Positions 50,995 to 61,132 of a stretch of DNA of 64,000 bases are shown piece by piece; position 1 is the stretch's first letter; every line of letters starts with the position of its first letter. Position numbers and translations under genes: made by a program. A model generated the notes under the pieces. It made no database searches, was not told the DNA's origin, and worked only from the letters and a program-made list of their open reading frames with translations. The stretch lies in assembly GCA_048013815.1 (NCBI GenBank), contig CM106585.1, positions 5,642,001 to 5,706,000 of the forward strand, given 5' to 3'. Source of the DNA: Setoptus koraiensis. Its lineage: Eukaryota > Animalia > Arthropoda.

Positions 50995-51076
50995 ACTGCG
51001 GTGAGGTAGTCTATTGTACATACTGGCCGCATGGATTAGTTCACCAATCAGGCTAACAACTAGACTACAGCTTGCA
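50995..51076 (+). ncRNA. let-7: let-7-family-like pre-miRNA hairpin (diverged)
   Basis: 51002-51023 TGAGGTAGTCTATTGTACATAC vs let-7 TGAGGTAGTAGGTTGTATAGTT: 15/22 identical, seed intact. GTAGTCTA pairs perfectly with TAGACTAC (51061-51068), with further pairing on both sides. Confidence 0.6.
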
Positions 51077-51375
51077 CACATTGTGTATTGCTGCCTGAGA
51101 CAAAAAAAAAATCAGCATCCCTTACCACTCGTAAGTCTTTAATTGCAATAATTAAAAATTATTAATCAGCATCAGGACACTATCGATATATTAGATCAAT
51201 CTCAGTAAATTCTTGAAAACGGTTGAAAAAAAAACAAAAAAACATCTTGTCAAGTCTTAGGAATCTCAAAATAACACCCACCCGCTTCATTCTTTTTTTA
51301 TGAGGCTCCAAATAAAACAGTGGATCAAAACTCTGACTTCTCTGATAAATGAATATATGCAATAGAGGCTCATAA

Positions 51376-52899
51376 ATGGACAGACAGAAACAACTAGACG
51401 AACAACAAATACTAGATCGGTGGACTCCTCAACCCTTGACGCCTAAGATAGACGAAGAAAAATACAAACATATCTTAAATCCCACGGTTGTATCTTCCAG
51501 GCCCGGAAAGTATATTCGTATCAATGGCAGAGACTGTCTCAATCTCGCAACGAATGATTTTCTTGGATTATCTTGTGATGAAAGCTTGGACAAAGTTGCA
51601 TTAGATGGTGAGCCAAATCATGAACTCTAATTTAAGGATCTAGATCATCGCGATTATTATTACAACTTTTCAACTTTAATCTATATTCGTTTTACTAAAT
51701 CTAGCCCTCAATAAGTATGGCGTAGGTTCTTGTGGGCCTAGAGGTTTTTATGGAACTGTCGACGTACACTTAGAGTTGGAAAGTTTTTTTGCAAAATTTT
51801 TACATCTTGAGGAGGCAATCCTTTACTCATTTGGATTCTCAACTATAGCATCTGCTATTCCAGCATATGCCAAACCACAAGATGTAATATTTGTCGACGA
51901 ACAATGTAACTTTGCCATACAGAAGGGATTGACCGCATCACGAAGTCAGGTCAGAATTTTCAAGCATAATGATATCAGCCACTTGAGATCACTATTTGAA
52001 GAACAAAGAGACTGGGAGAGGAAAAATACAAAGAGAGCCAAAAAACTCATAAGATTTTTGGTTGTTGAAGGTATATATTCAAGGACTGGTAAATTATGTC
52101 CTTTGCCGGAAATTATAGAACTCAAAAAAGAGTTCAAGGTCCGATTGTTCATTGATGAATCATGTTCTCTTGGCGTTCTGGGCTCAGAGGGAAGGGGCAT
52201 AACACAACATTTCGGTGTTGACATCAATGAGGTCGACATGGTGGCAGGATCACTAGAGAACACTTTCTGTTCTTTTGGTGGATTTTGTGCGGGATCCAGT
52301 TACATAGTGGATCATCAACGTCTTGCAGGTCAAGGTTATTGTTTTTCGGCTTCTTTGCCGCCGTTACAAACTCGAGTTGCCTCTCAAGCACTTCAATTAT
52401 TGATTGAGAAACCTGATATAGTTCGTGACGCTCAGAGTATTTTCAGATATACTCAAACTGCCCTCGGAAGGTAGGTTCGACCCTGCTGACAAAACTAAAT
52501 TTTTGTGCATAACCTCAGTATAAAACAAATTTCTCTATTCAATCTATTCTACTTCGATTGTTCTGGCATAGGCTGACACTACTCACATGTAAATCGAGTG
52601 CAGAATCACCCGTGAAGCACCTGACATTGAATTTAGGCAAGTTTAATGGCTTCATCAATAGCATAGATGAAAATTATGTAAACAATATTCTAGGAAAAAT
52701 TTGTTTGGAGGCAGGCAAAGATGGTTTGGCCATCGTCATGCCGCAATATATAGTCGAAGAAGAACTCATTCGTCCCACTCCTTCTATAAAGCTAGTGATC
52801 AATGGTTCTTTGAAACACGAGGATGTTGATCGAGCCATCGATCTCTTAGAATCCATCTGCAGTCGCGTTGCCAATGATAGTAGCGACAAATTAAAATAA
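51376..52899 (+). CDS. SPTLC1: Serine palmitoyltransferase subunit 1 (LCB1); exons 51376-51607, 51705-52470, 52572-52899; 441 aa; extra 5' exon(s) possible
   Basis: [83 protein letters not shown]. No catalytic Lys motif, as expected for LCB1. Introns keep frame (1326 nt). Confidence 0.93.
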
Positions 52900-53306
52900 G
52901 TTGATGAGTGATTACTAGGATCTTCTCAAATAATAGCTGTCTTAATAAATAGAATGTACATCAACTGTAGTTTCAGATTGTTCTAGTATTATTGATAATA
53001 GTATTTTGGTGCTCTCATCACTATAACTCTGCGGATTGTCAACTGAATCTAATCAGTTTGAAATGTCGACTTCACTTACGCTCAAATGAATTTGTCCAAC
53101 ATACGATAACCTTCCAAAGATCACGACGATAGCACTCATTAGTCCAAGCTATTTTCTGATTGGTTCGAATTGGCTTAATAGAGTAATTTGTTCGAAGGAC
53201 CAAGGGCACTCTCAAATATCACCGTTTATGAGTATGAACGAACAACCTAAATGAACATTATTTCACCTGGTGCATTAAAGCGCCAGGTTTCCATGGCGAC
53301 GACCTA

Positions 53307-53337
<31 letters not shown>

Positions 53338-53515
53338 TCTCGTGCACGAAAACAAAAATAAGCACAATACTTCAACGGAGTAGGGTGATTGAAAATACTT
53401 AATGTTGATAATTCCTTTCGTGATTGATATTTTTCTATCTATTAATATGATGTTTGGTCATCTGTATGAGTAATCCGCGAACGCACCTCGTATTCACATA
53501 GAACTTATTGGTATC

Positions 53516-54331
53516 ATGTCTAAGCCGGATGAGAGCTCGACAACCAGGCCGGCGTCCTCTCTGTCCGATTTGGTAACAACAGCAGCAACAACAAATCATA
53601 AAATTGACACTAACACACAGAGAAGAGAAAATAAAGCAAAACAAGATGGAACCAACATTCAAATAGAAGAAGAGGCAAATAAGAAGAGCAATGAAAAAGA
53701 AGCTGTTAAGACCAATAATAGGCATGCAAAATCTCCTGCGACCGCCGGTCTCACGGGTCAATTCTTTTCCGTCTTCTTCTTTGGGTCGATAGAGCATGGA
53801 TATTTTGTCGACAAGGCCATCAACGATGTCTATTTTAGATACAACATTGTTTATGGTGCCGATTGGATGTTAGCCGCCGGTCTCGATTGTGGCATATCGC
53901 AAATATCTAGGCGACGTCTCACTCGGGACGATTCCAATCAAACGGGGCCCCAATTCGTTTGGAACTTGCCAGTAGATTCCAGTTTTAGAAGCTACAATCC
54001 TCATGGTTGGCCACAATTAGTGTTAAGTGTCTATTATTTTGACACATTTGGCCAGGATGTCGTTGTAGGCTATGGTTGTCTTCACTTGCCTGTCACAAAT
54101 CAATTGCCCACAATGTATAAGAGAAAGATGATGATATACGCACCGGAATCGTCTTCGCTAACTAGGAAAATCTTTAGTTGGCTTACTGGCCGTAAGCCAG
54201 AATTAATCAATTCCAATTTGTTTGCCAGTGGAGATTGTAGACAGGCGTTGCATATGAGGTCGGTGGGTCACATCGATGTTGTAATAAATGCTACTTTCAA
54301 AGACATGCTAAGGTACGGATTTAGACACTGA
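53516..54331 (+). CDS. B9D1: B9 domain-containing protein 1 (MKS transition-zone complex); single exon
   Basis: YGADWMLAAGLDCGISQI, FVWNLPVDSSFRSYNPHGWPQLVLSVY..D.FG.DVVVGYG, PESSS..RKIFSWLTGRKPE match B9D1. The ~80-aa N-terminal extension is low complexity, so the start is uncertain. Confidence 0.9.
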   Translation: MSKPDESSTTRPASSLSDLVTTAATTNHKIDTNTQRRENKAKQDGTNIQIEEEANKKSNEKEAVKTNNRHAKSPATAGLTGQFFSVFFFGSIEHGYFVDKAINDVYFRYNIVYGADWMLAAGLDCGISQISRRRLTRDDSNQTGPQFVWNLPVDSSFRSYNPHGWPQLVLSVYYFDTFGQDVVVGYGCLHLPVTNQLPTMYKRKMMIYAPESSSLTRKIFSWLTGRKPELINSNLFASGDCRQALHMRSVGHIDVVINATFKDMLRYGFRH

Positions 54332-54532
54332 CTTGTGGCGCAAACGATAGCTAATCACAACAAATCCAATATTGGTAATAAAAACCTCAGTTATACGAAA
54401 GGTGGTGTGATCGGACTTCTGTTTTTCGTTCTTTATTTTGAATTTCGGTCTGGACAAGTAAAACTACAGTTTGATTTACAGAATGTCGTAATATCATTGT
54501 TAAAAGATGGCTGTGAGTATCAACTAAAGAGC

Positions 54533-56143
54533 TTATGGGAGTAACTCGACATAATTAGATGGGAAGAGACCAACCTGGTCTTTGTATTTTCCAGTGGCGA
54601 CGATTCCTTGCCACCAACCAGGATCTACTTTCTCTATATGACAAATGATGTCATCAGGATCAAAGCTTATTTCCGTTGAGTCAGCGGCTTGATAGTCGTA
54701 AATCGCCTTCGCTGATAGGTTGGGAATCTCAATATCTGACGACGGGATGTTGGATTTAGATATTGGTTTATCAGGTGAATTATTATTTTCTGAGGTGTCT
54801 GAGAGCGAATGTACCTTTTCTATTGTTGGAGTGTCAAGTTCGACTTTGGTTTTCGCATCGTTAGAATCGGCATTGTGATAGACACCATTAGATTGAGGGA
54901 TGGTTGCTGGCACATGATTAGGACTTGCTGAAATATTTGTTTGTTGTAGTGAAGGTGCGAGCACCTGGTCGACGATAGTTGAATCATTTAAACTCTTTGG
55001 TTCGTCAACAACAGGCAATAATGTTGCAGTTTGATTGGCAGTTTTAACTTCATGAGTGTCTCCGTTTTGGATTGCAGGACTTGACTCTCTAGAAGAGTTA
55101 TTGAATGATATTTTCCTGACAGCTTGTTGTGGTGCTTTTGATTGAGGTACACTATTTTCTAACGACCTAAAAGCCTTGACCCTTTCGGTGACTATAACTC
55201 CACTGGGTCTTCTCTCAAGGCGATTCACTGTTGTAGGTGCATTGTTTGTAACTTGTTGCTCGAATATAGCTCTTTTATTTTTGATTGTTCCCTTTGATAT
55301 AAGTGAAAATGTTTCTTGGTTGCGTTCACGCCTGATTAGATCACTTTGAGCACCTGGTCTGGCGTCATCTTTATCACTCTGTCGAATGACAGAGATGGAA
55401 TTTGGCTGGTTATTGCTTTTAAGATTTTTTTCACTTGCCATGTTAGCCTGGCGTGTGGCATCGATAGATTTTTCTCGGTCAAGTAATGATTGCTCCATCT
55501 TTTTCGCCTCGGCCGACTCTCTCTGTTTTCTTTCCTTCTCAAACTGTAGCCGCTTCTCTTCTGCCCTAATTTTTTCCTCTTCAATCCTCCGTTTCTCAGC
55601 TTCTTCTTCGAGTTGCCAAAACTTTTTCCTATCGATGGTGCCTATCTCTTGACTTACTTTGAGAGGTTTGTAGTTTGTACCAACAGGTTCCATATTTTCG
55701 ATAATCTCTGATCTTTCTCTGATGTTGATCCTAGCTGAAGAGGATCTTCGGATCTGCTGCATAATATAGTCAGGAGTGGCCTCATCTTCGTTGCGTAGGG
55801 TTATAGTCTGACTACAACCTTTAAAATAATTAGCAACATCATTAACATGACTAGCGCAGAGTCCTTTCCTTGTAAGCGGCGCGCTTTCTCCTTGCCAGTG
55901 TATTAAAACTAGCTTATCTATGTCAGATGAATCGTGTTTTATTCGACAGAAAGCATACTGTATTTGAGAGCATTTAAATTCGTTCACTAATTCTTTCAAT
56001 TCGCTCCCTTTGCCAAGAATTTTCAGGTAGTTGGTCTGATTTTCATAACCGAGGAGAACCCAGTTTATACTATTTTTTTCGTCTATTATTGCCTTCCACG
56101 CGGCTGAGATGGCCTCTTGGTGCTTAGTGAAATTAACTGTCAT
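54533..56143 (-). CDS. DBNL: Drebrin-like / Abp1 (ADF-H domain, coiled coil, SH3); single exon, 536 aa
   Basis: N-terminal ADF-H ([28 protein letters not shown]), charged coiled coil ([12 protein letters not shown]), and C-terminal SH3 ([33 protein letters not shown]....[10 protein letters not shown]). Confidence 0.93.
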   Translation of the reverse strand: MTVNFTKHQEAISAAWKAIIDEKNSINWVLLGYENQTNYLKILGKGSELKELVNEFKCSQIQYAFCRIKHDSSDIDKLVLIHWQGESAPLTRKGLCASHVNDVANYFKGCSQTITLRNEDEATPDYIMQQIRRSSSARINIRERSEIIENMEPVGTNYKPLKVSQEIGTIDRKKFWQLEEEAEKRRIEEEKIRAEEKRLQFEKERKQRESAEAKKMEQSLLDREKSIDATRQANMASEKNLKSNNQPNSISVIRQSDKDDARPGAQSDLIRRERNQETFSLISKGTIKNKRAIFEQQVTNNAPTTVNRLERRPSGVIVTERVKAFRSLENSVPQSKAPQQAVRKISFNNSSRESSPAIQNGDTHEVKTANQTATLLPVVDEPKSLNDSTIVDQVLAPSLQQTNISASPNHVPATIPQSNGVYHNADSNDAKTKVELDTPTIEKVHSLSDTSENNNSPDKPISKSNIPSSDIEIPNLSAKAIYDYQAADSTEISFDPDDIICHIEKVDPGWWQGIVATGKYKDQVGLFPSNYVELLP

Positions 56144-59100
56144 GGTGAAGAAAGAAACTGTGATAGTAATAATAATAATTTATCTTAACTGGTGATGGCT
56201 GAGTAATAATATAAGGTATGATGATCAGTTTAAGATAAATATATAGATTTTCCGGCCTGCTTGGTGTGTTCACAATTATAGATTGATGCTTGAAAATGAT
56301 CCGTGAAAATTATAAGTTCTGATATGGTAATGATTCTGAAGTTCCTGTCCCATCAGTTGGATCCTCCTATAGATCTGTTTGATACCTAATGATTAAAATT
56401 CATTCTCAAGTTCTCGTTGAACATATATCTTTGACGTAATTAAGCGGTAGGCTATCATGAGTATCTGTGTAAATTTTTTAAGCTGCGATTTCTCGATTGT
56501 ATAGAGGTACTAGCATAATTGTGTATGTGAATCGGTTTAGAATTAATGGGATACCAAAAGAATCTTCTATAAGTAAGTTGTTTTTTGTGTGTGTGTCTAT
56601 GTTTCTTATTTGTAAGTGTTCATCCAACTATGGCTGAAACTGAATAGAAAAATTTGTAATAATAGTAGACACACTGAGGAAGGAGATTTGAGAATATGTG
56701 TGTGCGATGACTGGCAATAAATCCACAATCCTTTTGTTGCCAATAGATCAGCATCTAAAAGTGGCGGTGCTCGCCTTCGCCGTTGCCGCCACTCTTTATG
56801 CTGATGATGGAGATTTGAAGCTGGTGCAACGATGATGCTTATGCTGTAATAGTAGCACTCACCGCCACACAACTGCCGTAGTAATGTTACGTTGTATTGA
56901 AATGTTGTTGTGGTTTGAGCTGCAGTTGATTCTGTAGCTGCTGTCGTTGCTATGTCTGGCTGTCTACAACACTTGACTTGAATCACAACATCAACCATAT
57001 GATTGAGCGTATTAACTGGTGGTGGTGGTGGTTCAGCAACAACAAAAAGATGGTGCTTGAAAGGGAGTGTGCAAAGAGTAAAGGATCAATGCGACCGCAA
57101 CTCTAGTTATAACTTGGCTTAAAAGATTTCTACTATGACTTGCGCGACGATTAAGTATGCTGCTCAAATTTGATGGTTTCCAATGGTGTTTTTGTCATAG
57201 CCACTAATGTTGTTGTTGTAGCTGCCTCTGATGATAATCATAATCATTGCTATAGACACATTGAGGGTGATATAACAGGAGCAACAACAACAAGTCACTC
57301 AATTAAGCCTAGCCCCTATTCGCCGCCTGTTCAACTCTAGCGTGATATTGTTATCGTGTTTGAGAGAATTTGACAGAGAAAAGTAACTTGGCTACTATTG
57401 TAAGCTATACAAAATGTACGGTATAAATAAGAGTGAACGGCGAATGAATTCTATATGAACCAATGATACATTCGAATATATAACAGCTGTGTATAAATAG
57501 CTGTGTTTATCAAGTCTGTATGATATTGCCAGCAGATTTGTAAACTGGTATTGCGTTTGCCAGAAACGATTTTGTTATCTGGCAGACATAAGATAATAAT
57601 TAGATTGTTGCTGTAACTGTTGTCGTAGTATTGACAAGTTTAGGTACACGCACAAAGTATAGTAGTCTCTATTACGTAATACCAAAGTGAAATTTGTCTT
57701 TGCAAGCTGTTACTGTTGCTGCTACTGCTGTTGTTTTGCTAGTAATCGATGCTAATATTGATGTCACAGGTCTTTGAGCACGGTCCGGTCGTCCAAGTAT
57801 TCATATACCGGGTAGCACTAATGCGGTGCACTACCAGGTCATTAGTGTCTGTTGCTAGTAATAATAATATATGACAAATGTGTTAGTTGATTCCCAGACA
57901 ATTTGTCGTATCCACACAATTGCACAACAACCAGTGGTAGTATGGTATGGTATGGTATGGTATGTGTCACGCCAGCTTAAATGTATGGGTAAATGACGAT
58001 TGTTTTGTTTTGTTATTGTTGCACAATATGTTATATAAGTTATAAGTTTTGCATGTGCATGTGTCGCCAAATTACTGCAATGAAATCATTGGTGGCTATA
58101 TTAAATTTTCCTCCTCATCTCTTGTATCATCTCACAGAATAGATTGCAAATAGATTCAATGGTGCATGTACGGTGCATGTATTAAAAATAATAATAATAA
58201 TAACAAGCTATCGTGGTAATTAAATGTGCGTTTATGTGATGGACCTATTTCGGTCGGCGAAAAATCTTGGCCGATTAGTGTCGGTCGTGCTGGCTTGGAA
58301 TATAAAACTGGCAAATTTGCAAAGAATGTCGTGTTGGGTTTGGGTCGGAATGTTTATCGTTTTTCCAGAAAATTTGTCCAATTTGCAGCGCACAGCTTCT
58401 ATGCGGCTTCGATGTAACGCAACGACCATGAGATACCAACCACTGTGCTGCCGCATGAAGAAGCTCTCTCCCCCCATTGGCATGGAATAAACTAATGCTG
58501 ACCTACATATTTTGCTTGCACAGGGGGCACACGGGGGGTGGAAATTGGTGTGAGCGAATTTTCGTGAACCGTGCAACTAACAAGCGCACCGCGGTTGGGC
58601 ACATAAGCATGGGTAGCACGCGCGTTCTGCACAAGACGCATTCTATTTTGATGAACTGCACTGCCTGCTACCACTTGTCTCGTTGCACCGCGCCGCGCTG
58701 CGTTGTACCGCGTTGGATAGGGTCACCAGCGCTCACAATTCGACTGCGGTGACCGCGTTGGCAGCGTTCGATCTGCGTGCCCAACCGCCACTCGTCTCTT
58801 TTTTCGAACTCTGGGTGAATATTGTTCGCGGTCCCCACTTGCGCCCAACCTCCGTTTGCTCACAATGTGAGCCTCATATGTATTCTGGCGAGTGTATATG
58901 CAACTCCGGAATTCGAGCAATTGTTTTTGCACACACGCACACAGCACTTCGATACTTCACCTTATCGACTCACGTTAACTGGGACAACAAAATGTTCACA
59001 ATCATAGCAGTTGTTGTGCGCGACGACAAGCGGATGGGCCCCTCAAGCGAGCCGTCTCGAGAGAATCCGCCATGCGAAAGGCGTGTCGGTGTCTGCGCAT

Positions 59101-61132
59101 GCAGCATTGGGCTCGTCACTCTATCGTTTTAGAGGCACACACAGCACCAGTGAACAGCCCGTACCGAAGGGTGCCCGACACATTGTCAGGGCGAGTATTG
59201 ATCGACAACCAAGCAAGTACTTAACACCGGAATGTTGCAATCAGAGCCGTCGTGATGCAACTAAACTAGAGAGCTACTGGGAGCTCGATAATCTCTCTGT
59301 TGCCCATGCAATTATTCTCGATAGAATAATTTCCGGCACCCGTGTTGATGGCGAAACGGATTAAGATATCGATTGCCCGAGTGTTGGGCGGTGATTTATT
59401 GGCCCGGTATCACAATGTTTAGATCAATTCACAAAATGGTGATGATTATGTTCGTCGGTACCGCCTGCAACTACACCCAATTCGGTGTCTAGCCGCCTCA
59501 CTGTAGACGAGCGCTTTCACTGGAGATGTAGAGTAGATGGTTGAACGGTTTCATGTAGCAACATCAGCATTTCGAATCAAATTCTCTCTATTTGATCTGT
59601 GATTTGTGCGGAGTTTCAATTAGATTCGCAGTTTGTTATGTCGCTATAGTTGCGCGCATGCAATCACTTATACACGTTTATCTCCACGAGAGATACATAT
59701 GTGGGGCTCTCGCTGAGCTCTCGTGTTTTATTCTAATTTACCAAAAACATCACCAGCGAGTGTCATAAACAAACAGAAATCGCATTAGCATATTACAATG
59801 GCTAGCTCAAAGCCGGATGTAATCAAGGGACACACTAATGATGGAAAGCGCCAAGTAACATTGTGCTGAAGATTCAACATGTGCAGTTTGTGGGCGCAGG
59901 TTTGTGCGCACCCACCAATCATGCAGAATAAACTAGTTTAGAATGAAACGGTTTCTGCACCAAATTTGCTGGTTGTGGTATACACAACTGATGTCAGTGG
60001 CACGAGCTGCGTTGCACGCTTCAGCCATGCACAGTGAACGTTTTGTACGGTGTGTGTGATCAACGAACCAAGGAGCGCAGTATTTCTAATAGAAATTTTC
60101 TATTCTCATGTTCGCTAGTCCAATTGTGAATATGTGAGTCATAGTCGTGTGTATATTCACTCAACATTCAGTAATTAACATATAGTTGCATCATCTCCGT
60201 GTATAACGCAACCCTTCATTCTGTGTACAATATTTGTTTATGCATCATATTGCACCGTATTTAATATTTTCCAAACACTCTATTAATAGGAATAGATAGG
60301 TTTCAGGCAAAATTTGGATCCTCATCCGCAAACAACCGGGACAATTTTTTCTCAAAGCTCAAATTCAGGCTCAAAATCAGAAATTGGAATGGATCATTAT
60401 TCAAAATGCAACCTACTGAACCTTTATTGATGTTTGGATAAACCGATTGCTATATTCATTCGATTTGTTTCCATTCTTGCAACTGCAATCCATGGAACAT
60501 GTGTTATACAAAAGACTGATCCTACAACTATAGACTAACGCTAGTATGTTACATTCGAAACAAAGGCCATTTTGACAAGTAAGGTCGTCTGCTTTCACTA
60601 TCCTCTCAACTAGCATTGATAAATGAGTTTTATCTATCGCAGCTAGACATCGTCACCATTAAATATCGTACGCTTATAATATAGAGCGTCTCCACATGGT
60701 CTCATGGTGAAACAAATCAATATCAACGTGACTGCACCAAGTAACGAAGTCAAGAATCAGCTATAGAAGATACGTTAGAATGGACGATATCTATCATTCA
60801 TCAGCGCAAGAAAAAAGCAATATTAGAATTTAGGAGTCAGAAGATGACGAACCATCTTGCAGTCACGTTCAGCCAAACATCTAATCTCATCCAACAGTAG
60901 ATCCTTTTTTCGTGGGACACAGGACGAACTCAATGCCAAAATTCTCCCGATCTAGTTTTGGTGTTACCTGAGACCAGTCATAATCAAAAGTCATACTAAA
61001 TCTACCATATACTCACTCATAGCGACACCCAAGAATTCTCATATGTAACATATCTAGTCAATCTCATAGTCACGAAAAAGCTTTAAAGTTTGTTTATATA
61101 TTGAATATCAGGCGATATAACCTCTTGGAATT

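Noticed and set aside
51092-51150. TGCCTGAGAC as miR-125
   Set aside because: Seed mismatch, followed by an A10 run, with no complementary 3' arm.
56606-56998. 130-aa minus-strand ORF upstream of DBNL
   Set aside because: Low-complexity Thr/Ala start, no recognisable domain, and no workable splice connection to DBNL.
58418-58440. AACGACCAT resembling the 5S rRNA 5' end
   Set aside because: Only 9 nt match; the rest of 5S and its internal boxes are absent.
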